Assembly (NCBI GenBank): GCA_964016885.1
Contig: OZ024756.1
Span: forward strand, 37,758,001 to 37,822,000
Source of the DNA: Eledone cirrhosa
Lineage: Eukaryota
Direction: 5' to 3'
Length of the DNA: 64,000 bases
Part shown: positions 25,387 through 37,887 of the stretch, in pieces
How positions within the stretch are numbered: position 1 is the stretch's first letter
Layout of the letters: the number at the start of each line of letters is the position of its first letter
Made by a program: the position numbers and the translations under genes
The notes under the pieces: model-generated
The model's input: the letters and a program-made list of their open reading frames with translations, nothing else
Told to the model about the DNA's origin: nothing
The model's database searches: none

Positions 25387-26054
25387 ACCTTGTTCTTGTA
25401 TATATTGTGTTTAACGTTGGAATTATTACTGGCTGACAATATCTGCATCGGACATTTGCAATCAAGCCCAACCTCAAATAATTGAGTCTGGTTGTCTATT
25501 TTCACATTGGACATCACTAATTACTATAGCTGCTCGAGTTCTGTTCATGATTCTGTGGTGTCACTGGTTGTTAGACAGCTATGCACTCTCTCATGTCCAT
25601 GTCTTTAGTCATCTTTTACGACACTCAGGGATATGGTGGACGTATACTAAAACCCATATATATATATCATCGTTTAACGTCAATCTTGCACGCTAGCATG
25701 GGTTAGAATATATATATTTATATATATATATATATATGTGTTTGCCTTTTACCGTTTTTGCCACTGACCAACTCATTGTGTGCGCTCTGATTTACCAACT
25801 TGCACCTGAGAAATGCAGGATCTGTAAATTCATTGAGCGACTGGAAAATTCGGTAGGCTAACACAAATTCAATTTGTCTAATTCGTTATATATGTATATG
25901 TGTGTGTGTATATATATATATATACACAGGGAAAGAAATCAAAAATGCAACTGGGGTCTTTTTAAGAATATTTATTTATTTCCTTTACCGGTTTTACAGT
26001 TCTTATGCTTTTCAAAAGTAAAATTGAGATGGAGGGTTTGTGGTTTGTCTTGCA

Positions 26055-26272
26055 AAAGATGAGTATTGACATACATATATGTCAATACTCATCTTTTTCC
26101 ATTTCTTTGAGGGTTCTAAACCCCATTATCAGGCTATATATATATATATTTATTAAAATAACAGATTAAAGTTTAAGCAAAGAATCGTTGCTTTCACCCT
26201 TAACGGGATCTTCTGAAACTTATCCTTATCAAGCCCTCTTTGGATTTTAGTCTTCAAATTTATTATTATTAC
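26055..26272. mobile_element. (TA)n-associated element family G, rearranged
   Basis: Shares segments with 33659-33870 and 58043-58400; internal hairpin aaaagatgagtattgac...gtcaatactcatctttt. Confidence 0.6.
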
Positions 26273-26293
26273 TATATATATATATATATATAT

Positions 26294-26468
26294 AATTGTT
26301 TCTACTTTTGGCGCAAGGCCAGCAATTACACAGTACATTACTGGTACTTTATTTTATCAACCCCGTAAGGATGAAAGGCAAAGTTGACTTCGGCGGGATT
26401 TGAACTCAGAATGGAAAGGGCCGTAACTCTATGCGTCAAAGCATGACGTCCGACCCTCTACCGATACT
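26294..26468 (-). mobile_element. SINE type 1
   Basis: Same core and B box as 3625-3819. Confidence 0.85.
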
Positions 26469-27141
26469 AATAACATATATATACATGTACACATACTCAG
26501 ACATTTTTTAGTATATTTTAAATCTCTCCAAAACCACATGACCTGCTTTCAGTGTTTTAATTAGATCAGCAGAAAGAGAGAGAGAGAGAACATGTGACAA
26601 AGGTAGCTTCACATTCTTATTGCCTTGGCTTGATTTGAGGAGTTGCCTTTGCATTCATGTGGGTTGCCTGCTCAATGAAAAACCTAGACTGTTCCAGCAG
26701 ATCTTTTAATTAGCATTGTGTCTTCTGAGCGCTGTGATTTCTATAGATCCAGCATGTTTTAATTAGTATTGATTGTCAAAGCTGGTATTCTACAAGTGAA
26801 TGCCCCTGTGTAATAGGATTCTACTTTCTACATTCCAAAAATTCCTTACAGTCTTTTAGATGTAGATATGTATCTATCTTCATGTGTGTGTAATGTGTGT
26901 ATGTCTTTATATGTATGTATTTTGTATGTATATGTACATAATGTGTATGGATATATATGTAATCTGTATGTATATGTATAAAATGTGTGTGTATGTATTG
27001 TATGTATATGTATGTAATGTGTGTGTATGTAAGTATGCATGCATATGTAATGTACATATATCTGTGTGCATGTAATGTGTATGTAAGAATGTTTGTATAT
27101 GTAATGCATGTAATGTATGTATATGTATGTGTGTGTGTGTG

Positions 27142-27196
<55 letters not shown>

Positions 27197-27419
27197 GTAT
27201 GTGTGTATCTAAGTATATATACAATGTATGTATATATATATGTAATGTATTGTAGACATGCAATATGTAAGTATATATATACAATGTATGTATATGCCAC
27301 AACTGTTCTCTATTATACAATGCTACTGATACAATGTCTATAGTTCTTCATTATTATAACTTGTCTTGTTTTCCATTCATTACTGCAAAACTATCCTAAG
27401 AATTTCTCTGGAGTTCATC

Positions 27420-27695
27420 TATTTCTTTATCTAGCTATCTATGTCTTTCTATTTATCTATCCAAATATCTACCTGTCTATCTATCTATCTATCTATCATG
27501 TATCTATATATCTATCTGTCTATCTATCATCTATCTATATATATGTCTATCTATCATCTATCTATATATCTGTCTATCTATATATCTACCTGTCTATCTA
27601 TCTATCTATCATGTATCTATATATCTATCTGTCTATCTATCATCTATCTATATATCTGTCTATCTATCATCTATCTATATATCTGTCTATCTATC

Positions 27696-27726
<31 letters not shown>

Positions 27727-27765
27727 ATCTATCTATCTATCTGTCTATCTATCTATCTATCTATC
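27420..27765. repeat. (TATC)n degenerate microsatellite
   Basis: Directly visible. Confidence 0.93.
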
Positions 27766-28180
27766 ACACTATCAGGTACATCTGCTTGAAAAAAGATGAA
27801 GCTGCTGTGGAAAAGAGAAAACTCTTTCGCCTTGCAGTGGACAAGGCAACCACTCTAGTGTGGGTGCCATGATAAAATGCACCTAGTACACTCTGTAAAG
27901 TGGTTCACAATCAAATGGAGACAGCATAGAGTAGATGGGACCCTCAGGCTTAAGTGTGTGTGTGAATGAGGGTAGACTGAAAAGTTCATTGGCTGACTCT
28001 GAAGGAGTGATGCTAGAGCTGTGAAATCTTGCATGCATTAATTTCAACTCTTCTCATTAACAACTGCATTGTTTCTTTCCAGGGACTATGTAGGAAAATA
28101 AACCTAATTTTGTCATTCCATGAGAGTATCTTGGTCAGACTATGAACTTTTCAGATAACCCTCATGTATATGTGTGGGTG

Positions 28181-28216
<36 letters not shown>

Positions 28217-28219
<3 letters not shown>

Positions 28220-28652
28220 TCAAAATATTAACAAAATAGATATTCTTGTGATCAATTATATTTTATTATACATATTTCAGAGGTACTGAGTTCAACAGTA
28301 TGTCCTCATCAGATAAAATAAGAGGATGCATCACATACCCTGACATAGTAGATGGTTAAGATTCAGTCATGGTAGTCTATGATACAGTCATGGTACTACC
28401 ATGACTGAATCTTAACCATCTACTATGTCAGGGTATGTCATGCATCATCTTATTTTATCTGATGAGGACGTACTGTTGAACTTAACTCACTACCTCTGGA
28501 ATATGTATAATAACATATAATTGATCACAAGAATATCTATTTTGTTAATATTTTGAATTAATATTAATAACTCTGGAAAGCCTTCTGTTGAGTGCTTCCA
28601 ATCTATTGTAAAACTCATTCTTTGATGTATTCATTGAACCTTGTTTAACCTT

Positions 28653-28655
<3 letters not shown>
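28217..28655. mobile_element. Penelope-like family C inverted pair with two hammerhead cores
   Basis: Arms of ~160 bp (28217-28376 / 28395-28559); TCATCAG at 28306-28312 and CTGATGA at 28459-28465; (TA)n on both sides. Confidence 0.8.
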
Positions 28656-28697
<42 letters not shown>

Positions 28698-28699
<2 letters not shown>

Positions 28700-29476
28700 G
28701 GAGGGTCATATTTGTGTAATAATATTGCCAGAATTAATAACAGAACACACATACTATACGAACATTCCAGACAACAACACAATGGTAACATAGACAATAT
28801 AGAAGTTAGAATATCTAAACATAGAAATGACCCAGCAGATAGGCAAATCAGAGAGGCCAGTGAAATAGAACATAGAAGGCCAAGGCTAAACAGAAAAAAT
28901 GAATGGAATAAATAACAACACCCAAGCAAACAACTCTGACCTAAGAGAAGTATAAATAAATACACAAGCACAATACCAACAAACACATATAAACACACAC
29001 TAGTAAACTAAGATAGAATACATTAACCAATACACAGTCACCCAAACAAGTACACACATCAAACAAAACACTATATGCAAATGCATGCGCAGAGAAGACA
29101 AAAAAATAAACAAATAAATAAACAGACTAAATAAAGATGGCGTAAGCATACAATGCAACGGGAGGAAACATAATAGCACCACTGACGATGTTACAGATGT
29201 GCAACGAAAGAACTTTGATAGACTATATATATGTGTTTGTGTCTATGTTGTATCTGTATTTTTGACCGTTGGTCAGTCAATGGTAACATTGAGGACCGAA
29301 TAAATTAAATTAACCGATATAAAAGACACAGAAGCGAAAACCAACCAAACAGTGAGTGTGTTCTGTTATTAATTCTGGCAATATTATTACACAAATATGA
29401 CCCTCCCCAAGTATAACAATATTTGTTTCGACACACGATTTCATATCAAAAACCTTGCAAAACTAATTCATCGCCG

Positions 29477-29478
<2 letters not shown>
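28698..29478 (+). mobile_element. 5'-truncated Penelope-like retroelement (family E) with inverted 3' segment at its 5' end
   Basis: 28698-28750 is the reverse complement of ~29356-29408; GIY-YIG-like ORF tail; CTGACGA...GAAA at 29182-29209; (TA)n both sides; tail copy at ~39071-39137. Confidence 0.75.
28751..28915 (+). pseudogene. GIY-YIG endonuclease C-terminal fragment (Penelope-like)
   Basis: ILYEHSRQQHNGNIDNIEVRISKHRNDPADRQIREASEIEHRRPRLNRKNEW* fits the H...H...R...EA..I.....P.LN ending of Penelope GIY-YIG domains (motif recognition, no search run). Confidence 0.68.
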
Positions 29479-29520
<42 letters not shown>

Positions 29521-29522
<2 letters not shown>

Positions 29523-29831
29523 AATGGAAAACGAAAAATCAATGATGCATCGGAACTCAATTTATTGTGTGTTACAATTGTTTCCCCGGCAAACAGCTCG
29601 AGGTGCGATCTGTGTGTTGATCGACTCTGGATTCACAGATTCCTCGGACACGTCTATTGATTTCGGAGCATATCCTCCGAAATCAATAGACGTGTCCGAG
29701 GAAACAATTGTAACACACAATAGATTGAGTTCCGATTCATCACAGATTTTTCGTTTTCCATTCTATACTCTGCTCCGTAGGAGCATAGAACGCTCAACTG
29801 GCATACCGCCTATGGGAGCATCTTAGCTACC
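29521..29831. mobile_element. (TA)n-nested element family F, fold-back pair
   Basis: Outer arms gaatggaaaacgaaaaatc.../...gatttttcgttttccattc; inner 29-bp perfect arms around ggag-catatc-ctcc; second copy at 41986-42170. Confidence 0.68.
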
Positions 29832-29845
29832 ACATATATATATAT

Positions 29846-30181
29846 ATCATCATCATTTCATTTTACGTCCGTTTTTTCCCTGCTTGCAAGGGTGGGACGG
29901 GAACTGATGCTGGCTTGATTTCTACAGCTGGATGCCCTTCCTAACACCAATCTCATTTACAGTGAGTGCTGGGTGCTTTTTTGCTGTGGCACCTCCACGA
30001 CCACTTTGCAGTGGAATGAAAATGAAAGTCCCTATCATCTCATTTCTACAGCTGAGTAAACTGGAGCAATATAAAATAAAGTGTCTTGCTCAAGGAAACA
30101 ACACATCACCCGGTCTGAGAATTGAACTCACAACCTTTCGATTGCAAGGCCAATGCTCTAACCACTAAGCCATGTGCCTCC
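29846..30181 (-). mobile_element. tRNA-derived SINE type 2 with RTE-like 3' tail
   Basis: Reverse complement of 45183-45524. Confidence 0.88.
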
Positions 30182-30432
30182 ATATATAATTATTCCATTA
30201 CCCAAGTTTTCGCGAAGATAGGTGATTCTAACAGAAACGTCTGATTTCGTTCACGAGATGAAATATCTTGTATATATATATATATATATATATATATTAA
30301 TATGTATATGTGTGTGTGTGTGTATTTATATATATATGTGTGTGTATATATATATATATGTGTGTGTGTGTATATATATATATGTGTGTGTTTGTATATA
30401 TATATGTGTGTGTTTGTATATATATATATATA

Positions 30433-30471
<39 letters not shown>

Positions 30472-32340
30472 ATATATATATATATATATGTGTGTGTGCG
30501 TGTGTGTATATATGTATGTATGTATATATATATAATTTTCAGAGAATAGGGCACATTAAAAAGGACTTCATTTGTTTGATTTCTTCTTCTTCTACCTTCT
30601 ACACCCCCCACCCCCCATCCCTTCCTCCCCTCTCTTCTCCCTAATTCTTAACCTGATATTCCTTCAGTACAATTCTTTTACCATTATTGCTGCCTTTCTC
30701 TTGGTTTAATTCTTTTGAAGGTTTCCTATTGTATGTTCTTCATCATTTAGAAATTCTCTCTCTTGCCCCCCCCCCCCTCACTTTGTCCTCTTTCTGGATA
30801 AGGTGGTGGAGATGGTAGAGGTGGTAGTCATGGAGATGGTGTTGGAAGGTGACAATGATAATGGTTTCTGATTTAGGCACGAGGACAACAGTTTTGTGGG
30901 GAGAGGGGAAAGTCAAATCATTCTCAGTGCATTACTGGTACTATATTTTAGTGACCCACATAAGGATAAAAGCCAAAGCTAACCTCTGACAGCAACCACC
31001 TCTCTTTTCATAACAATGCAAAGATCCCTCTCACCCCCAACTGCCTGAGTCTCTGTGTCAGCCACCTACCAATCTTTCTCCCCCCCCCCCCCTTTAATAC
31101 AAGAACACCTCTCCCACATGTTCCACTGTGTCAGCTACCAACCCTTCTTCCCCCCTATGTACACACACACATGTACAAGACAAGATAGATTAACAGAAAC
31201 CAGCCCTTCCCTGTTTTTACATAACAATACAAGAACTCTTCTCTCTCTTCTTCACCCCCCCCCCCCCTGTGTTAGCTACCTACCAGTTCTTCTCCCCCAC
31301 CCTTACCTTCATCTACTATGCACACTAGATAATTTCTTTGTCTTTTGGTCATTGTTCTTGATGATGATGGTGGACATTGTTATTATTATTATTGTGTTGT
31401 TGTTGTTCTCTTCCTTCAGCTGTACATGGAAGCCTCTTTCTCTGCAGAAATATGCAAGCTTTCTCCGCCCCTCTCTCTCTCTCTCTCTTCCATATCTCTC
31501 TATCTCTCTATCTCTCTCTCTCCCTCCCATCTTCTCTTCCACCTCTCTCTCTCTCCCATCTCTCTCTCTTCCACCTCTCTCTCTCTTCTCTCTCCCCCTA
31601 TCTCTATCTCTCCACCATCTCTCTCTCTCCCACCTCTATCTCCACCATCTCTCTCTCCCCCCCTCTATCTCCACCATCTCTCTCTCCCCCCCTCTATCTC
31701 TCTCCACCACCTCTCTCTCTCCCCCGTCTATTTCTCCACCATCTCTCTCTCTCCCTCTCTCTCATTATTTTAACTCTTTTTCTAAACTCAGACTTAAAAC
31801 TACAATGGTTCTTCTATGTACAAGTACGCACCAGTATTGTTTTTTGTTTGTTTTTTTTTTGTTTTTGTTTCTTTTCATTTTAACAAATTACATTAGCCAT
31901 CTGCATTGTGCATACAAGCGAGTGCAAGCAAGCATGCATGAGCAAATGCATATGTGCGCTTGTTTTGTTTTGTTTTGTTAGTTCACTTTGAAAAGGCCGC
32001 TGGCATAATAATTGCCAAGGAGAAATTTTACATAAGTGCTTATGTAGATGCAGTTGTTTATGAATGTAGAGCTTCACTTGCAAAGTATTGTGGTTTGGTG
32101 CATTGTTAATGGCATCAGCAGCAGTGGTGATGATGATGGTGGTGGTGGTGGTGGTTGTGCAATTGCAGTTTTGTTGCTGTTGTGTGTATATTGCCTTTTG
32201 AAAGGCAAATTTTGTTGGTCACTAAAATATTAAAACAAAAAAAAAAATTGTAGGTTTTTGTTTGATCTTATTCTCTTGTAACTCTCGGAGAATTGATTTT
32301 GCATTTATTTCAACTATACGTATACACATATTCATACACA

Positions 32341-32576
32341 TCATTATCATCATCATCATCATCATCATACATCTGCTGTTCCAGGCTTGCACAGGGTGGA
32401 TGGGTCTGTTTTGTTATAGCATTTCACTACTTGTCACATACCTTCATCAACTCCTCTGTGGACTTCAACTGATTTTAAATCAGCTCTCACTACCTCCGCC
32501 TAGGTTTTCAATGGTCTTCCTCTTTCTCTACTGACTTCCTTCCACTGGGATTTCTTGGTGGTTTTTTCACCCAGCG

Positions 32577-32609
<33 letters not shown>

Positions 32610-32978
32610 TGTATGCATCACATGTCCAAATCTGTACAGCCATCTCTCTTCCACACTACATCTGATTCCTCTTTTACCTAGTTTCTCTCAGCTCTTTTGG
32701 TTCTAAATTCTGTTTTCACAGCTGGCATTTATTCTCTTTCTTCTTCCACCAATTCATCTATAAGAACCATATCATCAGCATACAGATGTTCCCATGGACA
32801 GCCAGTCTTAAACTTATTTAGATCTATAATAAACAAATGGGCTGTGGATTTAACCCTGATGCACTCCTACCTCTACCTTCAATTCCTTACTAAACTTACT
32901 TTTTACACTCATTTTACTGTCAGTTACTCTGTACATGGCTTTTAATGCTCTCAAGCCACTCCTCTACACATAGTTTCT
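32341..32978 (-). pseudogene. Old, internally deleted RTE LINE
   Basis: Minus strand encodes VGVHQG and GCPWEHLYADDMVLI (RT catalytic motif), degraded FGHVM and RGRP.KT motifs; (cat)n tail at left. Confidence 0.85.
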
Positions 32979-33076
32979 TTAACCCTTTAACATTTAAACT
33001 GGCAATATCTGGCCAGAATTCTCTCACCTTTTTCTATTCACGTCTATCTTCTACACTAGAATATATATATATATAT

Positions 33077-33648
33077 GTCGGGTCACTCTTGAGTGCTACT
33101 GGTAACATGTAACCCAGTACAACCTGTCACATGGTCGGGTCGTCGGCGACTAAATCGGCAACCCCACCAAGTTTACTTGGTGAGGAGGAGGATTTAGGAC
33201 ACCCTGCAGGACAAAAAACAAAACCTGACAAAGGGCGGAAGAACTCATAAGAGTCAACGGCCATCCATAAGTGTATGTATAGGTGCATGTGTATGTATAT
33301 GCGCGGGGACATTGAAATAGTCGGGCTGGACACCCGATCGCGCGGTTAGACCACTGGGAGTGAAGGACCCTTAGCCTTTGTCAGGGCATTCTTCTAGGAG
33401 AAGGCAACTCAGGAAACTGGGATAACTCTGATATAACCTGCGGCTCAGTAGTTACCGATGATGTTGATCTTTTCTTCTTTTCGTGTTGTAGCTACTGTCG
33501 CTCAGGGGTGGGATTAGCTCATTGCACAGTCTTTCCTCTCTTTAAAAAATATCTTCACGCACAGGCATTGCATGATAGAATTAATTAATAATTATTAATA
33601 ATGCTATATTGTGCAATGGCCATACTCGATAACGAGGGGGCAGCCATC
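33077..33648 (+). mobile_element. Non-coding, hairpin-rich element in (TA)n resembling an RTE 5' UTR derivative
   Basis: CpG-retaining; motifs gtcg-tcgg-cgac-taa, aaagggcggaagaac...gtcaacggcc and ctaggagaagg resemble RTE 5' UTR motifs as I recall them; no ORF. Confidence 0.45.
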
Positions 33649-33658
33649 ATATATATAT

Positions 33659-33866
33659 ATTTATTAAAATAACAGATTAAAGTTTAAGCAAAGAATTGCT
33701 GTTTTCACCCTTAACGAGATCTTCCCATTAAGGGTGAAAGCAGCAATTCTTTGCTTAAACTTTAATCTGTTGTTTTAATAAATATTTGCTCTAGGATTCT
33801 TATATATTTGATATATATTTATCCTTATCGAGCCCTCTGGATTTTAGTCTTCGCATTTATTATTAT

Positions 33867-33870
<4 letters not shown>
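33659..33870. mobile_element. Family G inverted pair plus tail
   Basis: ttattaaaataacagattaaagtttaagcaaagaattgctg... is mirrored by ...cagcaattctttgcttaaactttaatctgttgttttaataa. Confidence 0.7.
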
Positions 33871-33918
<48 letters not shown>

Positions 33919-34107
33919 CATCAATAAAGGGGAAACAGTAGATTTATCTATATCTCTATATATATAACAATAACTAGTTGTAATAAATAGTTACAAATCA
34001 TGTTTCAAAGTTGACATTTATTATTAAGCAGCTTAGAATGACTGAATGTACTTCAACATGGTACTGCCAGGCATTCCTGGCTTGCTCCTTCTCTTCAGGT
34101 CTACACC

Positions 34108-34680
34108 TGTGATACAACACTTACCTCTCCCACATGTGATACAGCACTTACCTCCACCACGTGATACAACACTTACCTCCACCACGTGATACAACACTTA
34201 CCTCCCCCACTGTGACCCAACACTTATCTCCCCCACTGTGACCCAACACTTATCTCCCCCACATATGATACAACACTTACCTCCCCCACTGTGACCCAAC
34301 ACTTATCTCCCCCACATATGATACACCTACCTTTCCCACATGTGATACAACACTTACCTCCCCCACATGTGACCCAACACTTACCTCCCCCACATGTGAC
34401 CCAACACTTACCTCCCCCACTGACCCAACACTTATCTCCCCCACATATGATACAACACCCACATGTGATACAACACTTACCTCCCCCCACATATGATACA
34501 ACACCCACCTCTCCCACATGTGATACAACACTTACCTCCCCCCACATATGATACAACACCCACCTCTCCCACATGTGATACAACACTTACCTCTCCCACA
34601 TGTGATACAACACTTACCTCCCCCACATGTGATACAACACTTACCTCCCCCCACATGTGATACAACACTCACCTCCCCCA
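34108..34680. repeat. ~27-bp minisatellite (tgtgatacaacacttacctcccccaca)
   Basis: Directly visible, about 20 variant units. Confidence 0.93.
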
Positions 34681-35046
34681 TCGCTCTCATCCAACCATAC
34701 CAACATGGAAAGACAGATGCCCCTCCCCCACCTAAATTTATTGCTGGATGTCACTTTCTCTCATTAAGACCTCCTCTCCCCAGTACTCACCCCTCTTCCT
34801 TGGCAAGCAACATGTACCTTGCCTCATCCAACCGTAGAAACTCCTGCCAGCTTGAGACTTATCTGCGAGATGCACTCATATGACCTATTCTAACTCCAGG
34901 ACATGACAACCTGTCTAAACCAACCACGTGTGGAAAATAGACATATAATGGTAATGATGATGATAGTGTGTGTCTGTATATATATGTGTGTGTGTATGTA
35001 TATATATATATATATATATGTGTGTGTATATATATATGTGTGTGTG

Positions 35047-35095
<49 letters not shown>

Positions 35096-35120
35096 GTGTG
35101 TGTGTGTATGTGTATATATA

Positions 35121-35151
<31 letters not shown>

Positions 35152-35155
35152 GTGC

Positions 35156-35205
<50 letters not shown>

Positions 35206-35328
35206 ATGTGTATATATATGTGTGTGTGTGTATATATATATATGTGTGTGTGTGTGTGTATATATATGTGTGTGTGTGTGTATATATATATATGCGTGTG
35301 TGTATATATATATATGTATATATATATA

Positions 35329-35482
35329 TACAATTCCCCTCATCAGTTGTCTGCTGTGGGTCACTGGTCAAAACATCACCGATCCACAGCAGCCGACTGA
35401 AGAGGGGAATTGTATTATGTTTGTGTTTCTCTTACATTTCTAAACAATATTTATTAGTAACCATACAACACCTTGTTCCTTT

Positions 35483-35490
<8 letters not shown>
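35329..35490. mobile_element. (TA)n-nested family K inverted pair with CUGANGA cores
   Basis: tacaattcccc-TCATCAG-ttgtctgctgtgg / ccacagcagccga-CTGAAGA-ggggaattgta. Confidence 0.6.
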
Positions 35491-35545
<55 letters not shown>

Positions 35546-35757
35546 CACAGCAGTACATGGAAATTGTAATTGCACATCTGTAACACAAGTTGAATTATCT
35601 GAGGCAGTCCCTATCCATTCAGTGATGCGAGAAGTAAATTCCTGGCATCAGAGTGGACTCATTAAAGATATTAGAGGGAAAACACCATTAATAACATTTT
35701 GACCCCATGTATGCCAATTACAATAGATAACAATATAGAATACCAAGGGAAAAGAGA

Positions 35758-35809
<52 letters not shown>

Positions 35810-35831
35810 AGGATTATTGTTACTATAGTAA

Positions 35832-36017
35832 TGGCGGTGGATTGGTAGAGGGTTGGACGCCATGCTTTGATGCATAGTGTTACGGCCCTTGCCATTCTGA
35901 GTTCAAATCCCGCCGAGGATAACTTTGCCTTTCATCCTTACAGGGTCGATAAAATAAAGTACCAGTAATGTACTGGGTAATTTGCTGGCCTTGTGCCTAA
36001 CGTAGAAACAATTATTA
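35832..36017 (+). mobile_element. SINE type 1
   Basis: ggcggtggattgg...gagttcaaatcccgccgagg...agaaacaattatt; ttactatagta appears on both sides (probable TSD). Confidence 0.87.
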
Positions 36018-36022
36018 CTATA

Positions 36023-36058
<36 letters not shown>

Positions 36059-36262
36059 AATGAGTTATTTGGTTTGTTGATTATTCAACAAAGTTAATTT
36101 ACAACAGATTAGAAGCACTCAACGGTTTTTCCAGAGTATCATTAATATCAATGATATTTTCCATTTATTAATATTATTATTGATATATAAATATATATAT
36201 AGAAATGGCTTCTACAGGACTAGAACTGTTCCATTCGGGAGAAATCAGGAAGCACTGATCAG

Positions 36263-36313
36263 GGCTTCCTGATGATTTCTCCCGACTGAAATAGTTCTAG
36301 TCCTGTAGAAGCC
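36263..36313 (+). ncRNA. Type-I hammerhead ribozyme (family D)
   Basis: ggcttc-CTGATGA-tttctcccgact-GAAA-tag-ttctagtc-ct-GTA-gaagcc; perfect 6-bp stem I, weak stem II; mirrored by an inverted copy at 36206-36255. Confidence 0.68.
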
Positions 36314-36679
36314 ACCCCCACCCCCCCTCTCTCTCTCTCTATATATATATATATTGGATTATAGTTGCTATAGTTATTTAGTCAATAATCAGCATAAATA
36401 ATCACCATTAATAGACTCTGCATATGTTTTTTTTTATATATAGACTTTTTATTTTCTATTTGTCTTGTTTTGTTTCTTTTCCTTTTCTTTTTCCTGCTCT
36501 TTTATTCTTTCTTTCTTTGTTTCCGACATATTTTTTTCTTCTATTTTGTGGTTGGATGAACTTTCCATATTGTAATTAGTTGATTAAAAAACAAAAGAAA
36601 AGTAAATTTAAAAGTAAGAACAACAATAATGATAATGATGATACTGTTATAGTGTGTATGTGTTGTTATATGTGTGTGT

Positions 36680-36870
36680 GTGTGTGTTCATATATGTATG
36701 TGTTTGTTATTTCTGTGTGTGTGTTCATATATGTATGTGTTTGTTATTTCTGTGTGTGTGTTCATATATGTATGTTTGTTATTTCTGTGTGTGTGTTCAT
36801 ATATGTATGTGTTTGTTATTTCTGTGTGTGTGTTCATATATGTATGTGTTTGTTATTTCTGTGTGTGTTC
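36680..36870. repeat. 37-bp minisatellite
   Basis: ttcatatatgtatgtgtttgttatttctgtgtgtgtg at 36687, 36724, 36761. Confidence 0.9.
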
Positions 36871-37484
36871 ATGTGTACATACACATGAACACACACTGCA
36901 TGTGTGTGTGTGTGTGTGTGTGTGTGTTTATTTCTGTGTGTGTGTGTGTGCTCTTTTGAAATTTTCACTATAAAATTGAAGTCAATTATATGAGACGGAG
37001 GAGAGAGAGGGGGAGGGGAGCAAGATGATGGTGGGGTGGGGGGAGCAATGTGGTGGTGGGGGAACAGGAAGAGGAGTTAGAAAGGCCATGAAATGATGAA
37101 AGACAAATGTGTAGTGGTTATTTATTGTAGAGTATATTAATTAGAGAGAGAGAGAGAGAAGACAAAGTGTATATTTAAGAGGAATATGCTAATTAATTAA
37201 CAATAAACTTGAAAAAATATCGAGATGCTTTGATTTCTTTTTAGTTCTTTATACTGCACACCCCACCCCATCACACTTTTTTTTTTTTTTTTGCTTTCAT
37301 TTAATTTCTTAATTGTTTTAAAATCTTTCGTGTGTCTGTTTTTCATTTTTTAATCTTTTATTGAATTGATATCAGTTGATATTAAAGTGTTTTATCATAG
37401 ATGAAAGATATTAGTAGCCACATACTGATGAAGAAAAAACAGCCTAGAAACTTCATCTGAGGAGACAATATCATAGAAGGCAGG

Positions 37485-37827
37485 TTAACCCCTTTCATTT
37501 CCATATCTCTGATGAAAGACACTGCCTATGGTTTTCAAATTGTTTGAAAAATAATCAAGTGTTTGAAAAGATTTAGTAATTTTAAATAACTTTCTCGTTA
37601 TTAAACTTAAAGGTTCTTACATAAAATTATGTCAGAAGGCTTTTTTTTTATGAATATAAACAGTTCAATCATCGTTTTTGTTACCATATTTCTAATAAAG
37701 GTAACTGTCTTTTATTTCCGCATAATTTTGAAAATATAAAGAATTTTTGAGAAATTTAGTAATACGGCTATCTTTCTCGTTATTAAGCTGGTGTTTGGAA
37801 CATAACATTATGAAACATTATGGTGGA

Positions 37828-37887
<60 letters not shown>

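Noticed and set aside
28217-28559. Interpretation as a DNA-transposon MITE with long TIRs
   Set aside because: One arm continues ~95 bp past the symmetry, other copies have different breakpoints, and hammerhead cores are present; this fits retroelement inversion better.
31055-31981. 308-aa ORF
   Set aside because: Low-complexity CT-rich sequence with no domain or splice logic.
37425-37460. CTGATGA...GAAAC hammerhead candidate
   Set aside because: No stem II pairing, and tgatgaag pairs with the downstream cttcatc instead; treated as chance.
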